60,030 bases of DNA from contig JBBIRR010000026.1 in NCBI GenBank assembly GCA_037441705.1, positions 1 to 60,030 of the forward strand, read 5' to 3'. The notes below the pieces were generated by a model. The model searched no databases. It was given only the letters and a program-made list of their open reading frames with translations, and was not told where the DNA came from. Source of the DNA: Ignavibacteriales bacterium. Lineage in GTDB: Bacteria; Bacteroidota; Ignavibacteria; UBA10030; UBA6906. The translations under genes were made by a program, and so were the position numbers. This document shows positions 1-9,936 of the stretch, in pieces. The first letter of the stretch is position 1. Each line of letters begins with the position of its first letter.

Positions 1-186
1 TTGCTCACGCTCGACCTCCTCTGCGCCCGAAGATCGCAGAGCCACGCGCACGTTGATAAACTCCTGAAGGGCTTCTCTGCACGACGCGCATTCGGAGAGA
101 TGAGCAAACAGCGGTGTTCCTTCCTCCGGCGTCAGTTCATTATCCAGGAATTCACTAAGCATGACCTGATAGTGTTCGCAGTTCAT
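1..186 (-). CDS. zf-HC2 (ZAS-type) anti-sigma factor, N-terminal part (runs off the window edge)
   Basis: Not in the ORF track. Manual translation from ATG at 186 gives MNCEHYQVMLSEFLDNELTPEEGTPLFAHLSECASCREAL..., which has the HxxxCxxC motif. The start overlaps the sigma factor stop (ATGA). Confidence 0.85.
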   Translation of the reverse strand, partial: MNCEHYQVMLSEFLDNELTPEEGTPLFAHLSECASCREALQEFINVRVALRSSGAEEVEREQ

Positions 187-740
187 ACACGTCTCCTTTC
201 GGCGTATAATGCTTTGAGTTGTGCCGCGAGCGCTTTACGCGCTTTGAAAATCCTTGACTTGACCGAGGGAACCGATGTTGCCGTAACCGCAGCGATCTCC
301 TCATAACTCATCTCCTCGTACTCTCGAAGGACCAAGACTTCACGGTACTGCGGCCTCAGCATGTCGAGGAGTCGTCGCACGGCATCCTGCCGTTCCATGG
401 TGATGAGAACGTCGAGAGGAGTAGAGGTATCCAGCGGCTCATCATCTGCAGAGGGCAGAGGGCTTGATGCGCGTAGTTTCATCAGAGCCTCGTTTCGAGC
501 GATACGGAACAACCACGTTCGGACTGACGCGGCAGCGTGCAGCGACGCGAGCGACATCCGGGCTTTGACAAACGTATCCTGAGCAATGTCCTCCGCAAGC
601 GCATTGTCTCGCACCATGCGGCGACAGAATGCGTGAATGCGGTGGCGGTACCGTTCGTACAGCACGCCGAACGCTCCGTTCTCTCCTGCATGCACCGCCG
701 CTACAAGTTCAGCGTCGGTCAGAGTATCGGTTGACGGCAC
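183..740 (-). CDS. ECF RNA polymerase sigma-70 factor
   Basis: Region 2 (AEDIAQDTFVKA, WLFRIARN) and region 4 (LREYEEMSYEEIA...VKSRIFKARKAL) motifs. Start uncertain (GTG 740; ORF open to 791). Confidence 0.9.
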   Translation of the reverse strand: MPSTDTLTDAELVAAVHAGENGAFGVLYERYRHRIHAFCRRMVRDNALAEDIAQDTFVKARMSLASLHAAASVRTWLFRIARNEALMKLRASSPLPSADDEPLDTSTPLDVLITMERQDAVRRLLDMLRPQYREVLVLREYEEMSYEEIAAVTATSVPSVKSRIFKARKALAAQLKALYAERRRV

Positions 741-913
741 ATCATGCTCAAGATGTTGAACGGCTCTCACATAGAAAGATGCACAGAACATCGAAAAGTT
801 GCTGGCGGTGGACTTTCACCTTATCACAATCAACGCCTTGTGTTGCAAATTGTACGCTATTTGCGCAATTTCAGAATGCAATCCGCCTCGAATCTCACAA
901 CAGCGAAGAACTC

Positions 914-1372
914 ATGGCAAAAGTAGCAATCCTCCTCGGCAGCAAATCGGATGAAGAGGTGATGCAGGGGTGTGCAGACTATCTCACGAAGTTCGGCATC
1001 CCGTTCGAAATGCGAGTCTCCTCCGCCCACCGCAACCCGGACGCGACGGCGCAGTTTTGCAAAGAGGCGGAGAAGAACGGCTTCTCGATTATCATCGCCG
1101 CGGCGGGAATGGCTGCCCATTTGCCCGGCGTTGCGGCTGCCCACACGACGCTGCCCGTCATCGGTGTGCCGTTGGATGGGTCGCCGCTGCGGGGCGTGGA
1201 CGCCCTTTATTCTATTGTGCAGATGCCGGCGGGCATCCCCGTCGCCACGGTTGCGATCGGCAGCGCGGGCGCGAAGAACGCCGCCGTGCTCGCCGCCGAA
1301 ATTCTTGCTCTTCACGATCCTGCACTCAGACAAAAGTTGAGCGAATTCAGAAACCAGGGCGCAAAGTTTTAG
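914..1372 (+). CDS. purE: N5-carboxyaminoimidazole ribonucleotide mutase
   Basis: GSKSD, SAHR, AGMAAHLPG and SIVQMPAGIPVATV motifs. True start is probably ATG 914 inside ORF 629..1372. Confidence 0.97.
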   Translation: MAKVAILLGSKSDEEVMQGCADYLTKFGIPFEMRVSSAHRNPDATAQFCKEAEKNGFSIIIAAAGMAAHLPGVAAAHTTLPVIGVPLDGSPLRGVDALYSIVQMPAGIPVATVAIGSAGAKNAAVLAAEILALHDPALRQKLSEFRNQGAKF

Positions 1373-1399
1373 CCCGCAGAACCCCGATCTCCAGCGGCA

Positions 1400-2329
1400 A
1401 TGAACTTTCTCGTCATCGGCCACTTGTGTCACGACGTTATTCATCCCATCGAGGGACCTGAGGTGCAAAGCTACGGCGGCATCTACTACGCCGTAGCAAC
1501 GCTCGGGGCGTTGGCCGACGCATCCGAGCGCATTGTGCCGGTGTTCGGCGTGAACAGAAACGACTACACGCCTCTCGTTCAGCATCTCGCCGAAACGTAT
1601 CCGGCGGTCGACACCTCGGGCATCTTTGCGTTCGACGAGCCGACCAACAGCGTGCATCTTTTCTATCGCAGCAGCGGGACGCGCATCGAGTGCTCGAAGG
1701 ACATCGCGGCACCGATTCCGTTTGCCCGCATCAAGGACTTCCTGGATGTTGACGGCGTGCTTGTGAATATGATTTCGGGATTCGACATCACCGTGAATAC
1801 GCTGGACGAGATTCGCCTCGCGGTGCGCGATCGCCGCATCCCGATCCATTTCGATTATCACAGTCTCACCCTCGGCGTACAGCAGAACCACGAACGCTTC
1901 CGACGCCCCGTCTCCGACTGGCGCCGCTGGGCGTTCATGACGGACACGGTGCAGCTCAATGAGGAGGAGATTGCCGGCTTAACGTTGGAGAAACTTTCCG
2001 AAGAGCAGACAGCCGGCCACTTCCTCACACTGGCCGTTAAGGGACTGATCGTGACCCGCGGCGAACGCGGCGCTACGATCTTCTACAACGATCACAAGAC
2101 GATGGTGCGGAAGGATATCCCGGGCCGGCCCGTCGAACGCTCACGGGATGCGACCGGCTGCGGCGACGTCTTCGGCGCGGCGTTCCATCTTCATTATGTT
2201 CGAACGCACGACCTGCTTGCTTCTGCCGAGTTTGCAAATGCCGTCGCTGCCGCCAAAGCACAGATGGTCGGCGCCGAGAATATGCACCGGCTGCGCAGCT
2301 TCGTTCCACCATCAAGGGGATTGACATGA
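1400..2329 (+). CDS. PfkB-family carbohydrate kinase
   Basis: N-terminal GG motif, QLNEEE, VTRGERG and DATGCGDVFGAAF (PfkB signature 2). Confidence 0.85.
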   Translation: MNFLVIGHLCHDVIHPIEGPEVQSYGGIYYAVATLGALADASERIVPVFGVNRNDYTPLVQHLAETYPAVDTSGIFAFDEPTNSVHLFYRSSGTRIECSKDIAAPIPFARIKDFLDVDGVLVNMISGFDITVNTLDEIRLAVRDRRIPIHFDYHSLTLGVQQNHERFRRPVSDWRRWAFMTDTVQLNEEEIAGLTLEKLSEEQTAGHFLTLAVKGLIVTRGERGATIFYNDHKTMVRKDIPGRPVERSRDATGCGDVFGAAFHLHYVRTHDLLASAEFANAVAAAKAQMVGAENMHRLRSFVPPSRGLT

Positions 2330-3060
2330 ACTTAGCACTCATTGGCTACGGAAGAATGGGGAAAGAAGTCGAAACCGTTGCGCGAGAACGGGGCCTGAAG
2401 ATTCTCAAAATCTTCACCGAAGAGAACAACATCGGCAGTCTCGCCCTCACGTCCGAAGCTCTGCGGGACGTGGATGTCTGCATTGATTTCTCAACGCCGG
2501 CCGTCGTTCTGGACAACATCAAGGCCGTCGCCGCGTGCGGAAAGAATCTCGTCGTCGGAACGACCGGCTGGTACGATCGCCTGGAAGATGTCAAGAAGTT
2601 GGTGAAGGAAAAGAAGATCGGCTTTTTGTACTCTTCCAACTTCTCTCTGGGAGTCAATCTCTTCTATCAGATCGTTGCCGATGCGGCGCGGCTGTTTGAG
2701 AAATACTCGGAGTACGATGTTGCCATCAGCGAAGTCCATCACAACAAAAAAGCCGACAGTCCCAGCGGCACAGCCCTTTCCCTCGGTTCGCTCATCCTCC
2801 AGCAGTATCGCCGCAAGAAGGAACTGCTGACGGAAACCTCGCACAAAGAAATCATGCCGACCCAACTGCACGTGACCTCGACCCGCGTGGGACATGTGAC
2901 GGGCAAGCACAGCGTGGTATTCGACTCGGAATGCGACAGCATCGAGCTGGTCCATACGGCAAAGAACCGGCGCGGGTTTGCGCTCGGCGCCGTCGTTGCC
3001 GCCGAATGGCTGAAGGGCAAGAAAGGGTTCTTCACGATGAAAGATGTGATTCTTCCATGA
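2326..3060 (+). CDS. dapB: 4-hydroxy-tetrahydrodipicolinate reductase
   Basis: GYGRMG, IDFS, VVGTTG, NFSLG and EVHHNKKADSPSGTA motifs. Confidence 0.96.
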   Translation: MNLALIGYGRMGKEVETVARERGLKILKIFTEENNIGSLALTSEALRDVDVCIDFSTPAVVLDNIKAVAACGKNLVVGTTGWYDRLEDVKKLVKEKKIGFLYSSNFSLGVNLFYQIVADAARLFEKYSEYDVAISEVHHNKKADSPSGTALSLGSLILQQYRRKKELLTETSHKEIMPTQLHVTSTRVGHVTGKHSVVFDSECDSIELVHTAKNRRGFALGAVVAAEWLKGKKGFFTMKDVILP

Positions 3061-3064
3061 AAGG

Positions 3065-3967
3065 ATGACGATGAAACGACGATTACTCTTCCGCGGCACG
3101 GCCACGGCATTGGTTACGCCGTTCACGCGCGACGGCGCTGTTGATGAGGCGTACTTGCGCGAGCTTGTGAAGATGCAGCTCAAGGGAAACGTGGAGGCGC
3201 TCGTGCCGGTCGGCAGTACGGGCGAAGGAGCAACGCTTGCGGAGGAAGAACAGGCACGCGTGATCGAGATTGTGGTGGAGGAAGTGAACGGCCGCGTGCC
3301 CGTAATCGGTGGAGCGAGCAGCAACTCCACAACGAAGGCAATTGCCCTCGCAAAGCAGGTCAAGAGCTGCGGTGCGGATGCCGTGCTCAGCGTTGCGCCG
3401 TTCTATAACAAACCAACCCAGGAAGGAATCTTCCGCCACTTCGCTGCGATTGCCGACGCAGTCGCAATGCCCGTTGTGCTGTACAACGTTCCCGGACGCA
3501 CGGCGTCCAACATCGAGTCCGGCACGGCTCTGCGTCTGGCGCAGGAGGTGGAGTACGTTGTCGGCATCAAGGAGGCGTCGGCAAATTTCGGACAGATCAT
3601 GGAAATCCTGCACCACCGCCCTGCGGGCTTCGGGGTGTGGTCCGGCGACGATAACCTGACGCTGCCGATGATCGCGCTCGGAGCCGACGGCGTCATCTCC
3701 GTCGTCGCGAACGAAGTCCCGAAACTCTTCTCCGATCTCGTTCGCTATGCGCTGAAAGGAAAGTTCGACAAGGCGCGAGAGCTGCACTACAAGCTTCTCC
3801 ATCTGATGAACGTCAACTTTGTCGAGTCCAACCCGATCCCGGTGAAAGCGGCGCTCGCAATGATGGGGTGGATAGAAGAGAATTACCGCTTGCCCCTCGT
3901 TCCGCTGTCGGATGCATCGCGACCGAAGGTGGAGAAGTGTTTACGAGAGTTGAAGCTCATCCGGTAA
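3065..3967 (+). CDS. dapA: 4-hydroxy-tetrahydrodipicolinate synthase
   Basis: TALVTPF, GSTGE, YNVPGRT, GIKEAS, SGDD and NPIPVK motifs. Confidence 0.97.
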   Translation: MTMKRRLLFRGTATALVTPFTRDGAVDEAYLRELVKMQLKGNVEALVPVGSTGEGATLAEEEQARVIEIVVEEVNGRVPVIGGASSNSTTKAIALAKQVKSCGADAVLSVAPFYNKPTQEGIFRHFAAIADAVAMPVVLYNVPGRTASNIESGTALRLAQEVEYVVGIKEASANFGQIMEILHHRPAGFGVWSGDDNLTLPMIALGADGVISVVANEVPKLFSDLVRYALKGKFDKARELHYKLLHLMNVNFVESNPIPVKAALAMMGWIEENYRLPLVPLSDASRPKVEKCLRELKLIR

Positions 3968-4004
3968 AGCGTTTACGCACTCGCATGACAATCGAGACCG
4001 AACC

Positions 4005-4841
4005 ATGATGACACTACGCAATGAAATCGAAAAGTATTTCGAGATGAAGCTCGAAGGGGCGGAAGCCGACCGCGCCCTGAAGGCATTCACCAGGTTCAAA
4101 TTCTTTCTGAACAAAGGTGAGATCCGAGCCGCCGAGAAGGTGAACGGCACCTGGATCGTCAACGATTGGGTGAAGAAAGGAATCCTCCTCGGTTTCAGGC
4201 TCGGCGAGCTGGAGGATGTCTCCCTCAGCAGTCACTTCAAGTTCTTCGACAAAAGCACCTACCCGTTGAAACACCTCCAGCTTGCCGATGGCGTGCGCCT
4301 GGTGCCGGGCGGCTCCTCCATCCGCGACGGCGCGTATGTGGCAAAAGGGGTCGTGTGCATGCCGCCCATGTACATCAACGTGGGCGCGTACGTGGATGAA
4401 GGAACGATGGTGGATTCGCACGTCCTTGTCGGATCGTGCGCGCAAATCGGGAAGCGTGTGCACCTGAGCGCGGGAGCACAAATCGGCGGCGTGTTGGAGC
4501 CGGTCGGTGCGCTTCCGGTCATCATCGAAGATGATGTGTTTGTCGGCGGAAACTGCGGCGTATATGAGGGAACGATCGTCAAGCGCGGCGCCGTCCTGGC
4601 TGCAGGAGTCATTCTCACCGGCGGGACGCGTGTGTACGATGCCGTGAAACGCACGGTCTACATGAAGGACGCCGGCACGCCGCTCGTCATTCCGGAAAAC
4701 GCCGTTGTTGTTCCGGGCAGCAGGCCGCTGGCCGACGCGTGGGCGAAGGAACACGGATTGCACATCGCAGCACCCGTGATTGTGAAGTACAGGGACGAAA
4801 AAACCAGCGCGGCGGTTGTGCTTGAAGAACAATTGCGCTGA
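4005..4841 (+). CDS. dapD: 2,3,4,5-tetrahydropyridine-2,6-dicarboxylate N-succinyltransferase
   Basis: [32 protein letters not shown] and GGVLEP; hexapeptide repeats. Confidence 0.95.
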   Translation: MMTLRNEIEKYFEMKLEGAEADRALKAFTRFKFFLNKGEIRAAEKVNGTWIVNDWVKKGILLGFRLGELEDVSLSSHFKFFDKSTYPLKHLQLADGVRLVPGGSSIRDGAYVAKGVVCMPPMYINVGAYVDEGTMVDSHVLVGSCAQIGKRVHLSAGAQIGGVLEPVGALPVIIEDDVFVGGNCGVYEGTIVKRGAVLAAGVILTGGTRVYDAVKRTVYMKDAGTPLVIPENAVVVPGSRPLADAWAKEHGLHIAAPVIVKYRDEKTSAAVVLEEQLR

Positions 4842-4861
4842 GGGCATGCGCGGCCATCGAG

Positions 4862-5830
4862 ATGAATAGCAAGCGAATCCTGGTCATCGGCAGCAACGGA
4901 CTTTTAGGGCAGAAGCTCTGCGAGATTATTGTGCGCGGCGGCGCGTATCAACTGGCAATCGCTTCGAAGGCAGAACGGCCGCTGCGGCAGGTCGTCGGCG
5001 CGCATTACCTTTCCGTCGATATCACCAACAAGAAAGATGTGAAGAATGCCGTGGCGGCGTGTGTGCCCGATGTCATCATCAACGCCGCCGCGATGACGAA
5101 TGTTGACCTGTGCGAAACCGAGCGGGAACGCTGCTGGAAAGTCAACGTCGAAGGCGTCGAGAACATCATCGAAGCCGCGAAGAAGGACAACACCATGGTC
5201 ATACACATCTCGACGGATTACGTGTTTGACGGAAAGGCAGGCCCGTACACCGAAAACGATCGCCCCAACCCGCTCAGCTACTACGGCAAAAGCAAGCTTG
5301 CAAGCGAGAACGCTTTGCGCAGCAGCGGCATCCCCTATCTGATTGCCCGCACGATGGTGTTGTACGGATACGCGCCCGGCGTGAAACCCAACTTCGCTCT
5401 CTGGCTCATCGAGAATCTGGACAAGGGCCGGCAGGTGTCGGTGGTGGACGATCAATTCGGCAACCCGACGCTGGTCGACGATCTTGCCTACGGCCTCATT
5501 CAAGGATTCGAAATGGGCCGCACCGGCATTTACCATCTTGCCGGCCGCGACATCGTCAGCCGATATGAGTTTGCCCTCAAACTCGCGAAGGTGTTCAACC
5601 TCGATCCTTCTCTCATCACCCCCGTGAAGACCGCAGCCCTCAAGCAACCCGCTCCTCGCCCGCTCAAGAGCGGTCTGGTAACACTGAAAGCGGAAGTAGA
5701 ACTTGGCTATAAGCCCAGTACCGTGGATGAGGGACTCATCATCTTGAAGACACAGCTCAACCGCACGCTGCGCATGATGGCCGATAGTGCGCCGGTACCC
5801 GCGCAGAATGTGAGCAAACCGAAACGCTAA
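4862..5830 (+). CDS. rfbD: dTDP-4-dehydrorhamnose reductase (SDR)
   Basis: GSNGLLG, AAMTNVD, ISTDYVFDG, YGKSK and VVDDQFGNPT motifs. Confidence 0.9.
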   Translation: MNSKRILVIGSNGLLGQKLCEIIVRGGAYQLAIASKAERPLRQVVGAHYLSVDITNKKDVKNAVAACVPDVIINAAAMTNVDLCETERERCWKVNVEGVENIIEAAKKDNTMVIHISTDYVFDGKAGPYTENDRPNPLSYYGKSKLASENALRSSGIPYLIARTMVLYGYAPGVKPNFALWLIENLDKGRQVSVVDDQFGNPTLVDDLAYGLIQGFEMGRTGIYHLAGRDIVSRYEFALKLAKVFNLDPSLITPVKTAALKQPAPRPLKSGLVTLKAEVELGYKPSTVDEGLIILKTQLNRTLRMMADSAPVPAQNVSKPKR

Positions 5831-5964
5831 AGCTTTGCTCGTGCGTACGATGCGAAGGGGCGGTTTACGATCGAACGAATTCATATGTTCTCGCAGAGTC
5901 TCATCGGTCCGATGAACTCCGCGGTTCTCTCATCCCATCACTCAGCAGCAGAAGGAGCAGCGCC

Positions 5965-6216
5965 ATGCATTGGTACCTCGTTGAATCCCCGCACACGTCT
6001 GAGGAATGTCTGCAAACTCTCCAGCAAGTTCTTGCTGCAGGCTATCTCACACACTTCTATTGGGGCTGCAAAGCGGGCGATCACACCGGTTATGTGATCT
6101 TCGAAGCCGAAAGCAAGGAAGAAGCCTTACTGGCGGTGCCGGCCTTTGTTCGGCAGAAGGCGAAAGTGGTGGAGCTTGTGAGATTCGATCCCGAAGCGGT
6201 TCGGGCAATGCATTAG
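5965..6216 (+). CDS. Small conserved-looking hypothetical protein (His/Cys-containing)
   Basis: 83-aa ORF with a GAAGGAG RBS upstream. It fills the gap between rfbD and the convergent VWA gene. Confidence 0.7.
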   Translation: MHWYLVESPHTSEECLQTLQQVLAAGYLTHFYWGCKAGDHTGYVIFEAESKEEALLAVPAFVRQKAKVVELVRFDPEAVRAMH

Positions 6217-6230
6217 GTGGAGCGCGCCGC

Positions 6231-7331
6231 CTACCGCGACGTAAACTTCTTCCGCCGGTTACGGATATAATCCACAAACACATACTCGCCGAGATTGTTC
6301 AGCGAGGAGTAGTACGCTCGCCCCTGATTTGCTTTGGTGAGTTCTTCCACGAAGTTGATGAGGTAGGGATCGCGGGCGACCATGAACGTGGTGATGGGAA
6401 TCTTCTCGCGCCTGCATGCAACTGCTTCGTCCAGCGTTTTGTTCACGATCCGCGGATCGAGGCCGAAGGAGTTCTTGTACAGCTTCCCTCCTTCCGTGAA
6501 AATGGCGGACGGTTTTCCATCGGTCACCATGAAAATCTGCTTGTTGGCGTTGCCACATTTGCGCAGTAACTGCCGCGCAAGCTGCAAGCCCGCGCGGGTG
6601 TTGGTGTGGTACGGACCGACATTGAGGAACGGCAGCTCGTTGATGCTCACCAGCCGTGCATCATCGCCGAACGTGACAAGTGCGAGGTAATCCTTCGGAT
6701 AGCGCGTCATGATCAGTTCGGCAAGTGCGAGAGCGACCTGCTTGGCGGGTGTGATGCGATCTTCGCCGTACAGAATCATGCTGTGGCTGATGTCAATCAT
6801 CAGCACGGTGGCACATGATGTCTGATGTTCGGTTTCGTATACTTCGAGGTCTTCTTCTTTGAGCGTGAAGTCGTCGATGCCGTCGCGGCGAAAGGCGTTG
6901 GAGAGCGTGGCCGTGAGATCAATGTTGGTCGGCTGATCGCCGAACGTGAATTTTTTTGTCTCGCTCAAACGGTCAACGCCGCTGCCGGTGTACGGGGTTT
7001 CGTGCGTGCCCGTGGGAGATTTCTTGAGGGAGGTGAAAATCTCCCGGAGCGCGTCCTGACGGATTCGCTGGATCCCCTTCGTCGTCAGAATGGGAACGTT
7101 GTTCACCTCTTCGATGATCCCCATCTCTTTCAGCTTATCAATCAGGTCATCCATGGTCATATTCTCATCGAACAGACCGTACTCCTCGGCAAGCTGGCGG
7201 AGCCACTCCAGCGCCTCCTCAACGTCGCCGCTGGTTTGTACGACGAGGTAGCTGAAGAGCGAGAGCATCTGCTGCAGGCGCTGCTCATCCGTCTGCGATT
7301 GAGGGGTCCATTTGGAGTAGCGAAAACGCAT
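6231..7331 (-). CDS. VWA (von Willebrand A) domain protein
   Basis: MIDAS-like DISHSM, TNTRAGL and VTDGKP. Adjacent to an AAA+ ATPase. Confidence 0.88.
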   Translation of the reverse strand: MRFRYSKWTPQSQTDEQRLQQMLSLFSYLVVQTSGDVEEALEWLRQLAEEYGLFDENMTMDDLIDKLKEMGIIEEVNNVPILTTKGIQRIRQDALREIFTSLKKSPTGTHETPYTGSGVDRLSETKKFTFGDQPTNIDLTATLSNAFRRDGIDDFTLKEEDLEVYETEHQTSCATVLMIDISHSMILYGEDRITPAKQVALALAELIMTRYPKDYLALVTFGDDARLVSINELPFLNVGPYHTNTRAGLQLARQLLRKCGNANKQIFMVTDGKPSAIFTEGGKLYKNSFGLDPRIVNKTLDEAVACRREKIPITTFMVARDPYLINFVEELTKANQGRAYYSSLNNLGEYVFVDYIRNRRKKFTSR

Positions 7332-7359
7332 TTATCTTTCCTGCACTCTCTTCGACATT

Positions 7360-8871
7360 TCAATCCTCCTCGAACCCTCTGCCCGGTCCCGAGAAAATGC
7401 TGCCGACGAGATCCTTGTACGACGTGACGTGATCAACTTCGTCCTTGGCAATTTTGGAATTTTGATGTAACCCATCCAGCACAAACTCCATGACGGACGG
7501 CAGCTCGTACCGCTCATCGAGATTCGGCATGTGCTTGCGGGTAAGTTCGCGCAAGCCTTTCACTTTATCCAGCTCCCGGAAGTACGCTTCCGTTGGCATG
7601 TCGTCGGAGATTTCGATTTTGTTGCCGGCTTCGAACCACTGGGTGATTTTGCCGTAGTCGCCGTCGTCGGAGGGTTGGCGCATGCCTTCGCCGCCCTGCG
7701 GCCGACCGGGACGGCGTCGGAGCGGATCGGGAAAGTACCGCTTGAACGTTTCACGCACGGCCTTGCCGACCAACGCCTTGCTGACTTTGACCGAGCCTTC
7801 CTGCTCGCCCTCGAATACCAATTCGATCTTGCCGGTCATGCCCGGCAGGACATGCGGCAGATCGCAGATGCGCGGCACGATGACGTCTTCATTCAAGAGT
7901 ATGGCACGGCGCTCGGCGTTGCTGACGAGGTTTTCCATCGCGGCAATCGTCAGCCGGGCGCTGACGCCGGACTTCTGGTCCACAAACTCACTCTTGCGCG
8001 CTTCGAAGGCGATCTGCTCCACAATCTCCTTGAAGAAAAACGGAATGCGCACCTCACGCCCGTCTCGCTGGATGTGTGCCTCCTGCTCCGTGATGCTGAT
8101 GGCTTCTTCGAGTGAACGCGGATAGTGGGTGAGAATCTGGGAATCAATCCGATCTTTCAGCGGCGTGATGATGTTGCCCCGGTTCGTGTAGTCCTCCGGA
8201 TTGGCCGTGAAGACCAGCATGATGTCCATCGGAATGCGGACGTTGAAGCCGCGAATCTGGACGTCTTTCTCCTCCAGAATATTGAAGAGACCAACCTGAA
8301 TGCGCGGCTGCAGATCGGGCAGCTCGTTGATGGCAAAGATGCCGCGGTTGCAGCGTGGAATGATGCCGAAGTGGATCGCTCCTTCATGCGAGTAGTGAAG
8401 ACGCTTCGATGCGGCTTTGATGGGGTCAATGTCGCCGATCAGGTCGGCAATCGTCACGTCGGGCGTTGCAAGCTTCTCGCCGTAGCGCTGATCGCGATGC
8501 AGCCACTCGATGGGCGTTTCGTCTCCCATTTCCTTTACCAGATCGACAGCATACTTGCTGACCGGCCGGAAGGGATCGTCGTTGATTTCACTCCCCTTCA
8601 CGATGGGGATATATTCGTCCAACAAACTGGGGAGGGATCGGACGATGCGCGACTTCGCCTGACCGCGTAAGCCGAGAAGAATCAGATCGTGCTTGGCAAG
8701 GATGGCATTGATGAGTGCCGGGATGACCGTCTTGTCGTAACCGATGATGCCGGGGAAGAGACGTTCGTTGTTCTTGAGTTTGCGGATCAAGTTGGTGCGC
8801 AGCTCGTCTTTCACCGACTGGACTTTGTACCCGCTGCGTTTTAACTCACCCAACGTGGCAGGGCGATTCAT
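7360..8871 (-). CDS. Magnesium chelatase-like / sigma54-interaction-type AAA+ ATPase
   Basis: Walker A variant GLRGQAKS, Walker B variant FAINE, TANPEDY and KDRI arginine finger. Confidence 0.85.
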   Translation of the reverse strand: MNRPATLGELKRSGYKVQSVKDELRTNLIRKLKNNERLFPGIIGYDKTVIPALINAILAKHDLILLGLRGQAKSRIVRSLPSLLDEYIPIVKGSEINDDPFRPVSKYAVDLVKEMGDETPIEWLHRDQRYGEKLATPDVTIADLIGDIDPIKAASKRLHYSHEGAIHFGIIPRCNRGIFAINELPDLQPRIQVGLFNILEEKDVQIRGFNVRIPMDIMLVFTANPEDYTNRGNIITPLKDRIDSQILTHYPRSLEEAISITEQEAHIQRDGREVRIPFFFKEIVEQIAFEARKSEFVDQKSGVSARLTIAAMENLVSNAERRAILLNEDVIVPRICDLPHVLPGMTGKIELVFEGEQEGSVKVSKALVGKAVRETFKRYFPDPLRRRPGRPQGGEGMRQPSDDGDYGKITQWFEAGNKIEISDDMPTEAYFRELDKVKGLRELTRKHMPNLDERYELPSVMEFVLDGLHQNSKIAKDEVDHVTSYKDLVGSIFSGPGRGFEED

Positions 8872-9151
8872 GGGGGATTCCTCTCTTCATAATCTTACAC
8901 AAACTGCATCACATGGAGCAATGTAGGTGGTTTGTTCTTGAAAATCAAACTGCACAACGATTGTGTCACGCTCTCCTCACACGACCACGCATTGCTCGTT
9001 ATGGATCGTAGCACCAGGGACACATCGCTGCCGCTGCGATGGCGTTTCCGGCAGCGTTGTAGTGTAATCCGCTCCATGATCATTCGGCACAGTTATCGCA
9101 AGTGTGTGAACCGATAACCTGATCACTCACAACACCATGAAAGGGTACGCC

Positions 9152-9841
9152 ATGAATCCACGGACCGTTTTCCTGCTCACGCTCTTCTCGCTGATCGTTG
9201 CGGGCTGCCGCACCGAGCAGACATCGTCGCCGACGCCCGGCAACAACATCACCCTCAGCATTGCACGAACGCCGTCCACTCCCACCAGCCCGCCGTTGGG
9301 TGAGCTGGAGATCTCATCGGCCAAGATTCTTCTCAAGAATGTCAAGCTGCACCAATCCCCGTCAGACGATGGGCGAGACATCACCGCCGGCCCGCTTGCT
9401 GTCGGGCTTGCGCTCGATGGTTCACTCAATACCATCGGACTCACTCAGATTCCACCCGGACTGTACGACCGCGTGAAGTTTCGGCTGCACAAGCCGGAGG
9501 ACACCGAGCCGATTCCCGATCCTGAATTTCGGGACGGTACAAGCGGGCAGCTTCGCTACTCCGCAATTGTTCGCGGTTCGTACAACGGTCAGCCCTTCGT
9601 GTATAAATCTCGACAGGACGCTGCACAGGAAGTACGGTTTGCAACGCCTCTGAGCGTGACGCAGGATGAGATCGTGAACGTCACGTTGACGGTTGATGTC
9701 GCGTCGTGGTTTACGGTTGGAGGCGTTACACTCGATCCCACAAATCCCAACAATGCACAGGCGATCGATGAGGCAATCCGAGCATCCTTCGCCCGCGTCT
9801 TCAAGGACAACGATCGGGATGGAAGACCCGATGACCAATAG
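9152..9841 (+). CDS. Hypothetical lipoprotein (DUF4382-like beta-rich)
   Basis: Signal peptide with lipobox IVAGC, IPPGLYDRVKF motif and a C-terminal DNDRDGRPDD Ca-binding-like stretch. Confidence 0.65.
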   Translation: MNPRTVFLLTLFSLIVAGCRTEQTSSPTPGNNITLSIARTPSTPTSPPLGELEISSAKILLKNVKLHQSPSDDGRDITAGPLAVGLALDGSLNTIGLTQIPPGLYDRVKFRLHKPEDTEPIPDPEFRDGTSGQLRYSAIVRGSYNGQPFVYKSRQDAAQEVRFATPLSVTQDEIVNVTLTVDVASWFTVGGVTLDPTNPNNAQAIDEAIRASFARVFKDNDRDGRPDDQ

Positions 9842-9867
9842 CAGTGTGTGCCGACAACCCATCAACA

Positions 9868-9895
9868 CAAAGGACGGGTACGTGCCCGTCCTTTG
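9868..9895. terminator. Probable bidirectional intrinsic terminator between convergent genes
   Basis: CAAAGGACGGG-TACGTG-CCCGTCCTTTG, a perfect 11-bp inverted repeat. Confidence 0.7.
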
Positions 9896-9936
9896 CATGT
9901 CTCGAACCATTTCGCCGCTTGCCGCGGCAGGATGCC

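Noticed and set aside
6231-8871. AAA+ ATPase/VWA pair as a novel system
   Set aside because: This is a widespread chaperone-like gene pair; nothing here beyond the known arrangement.
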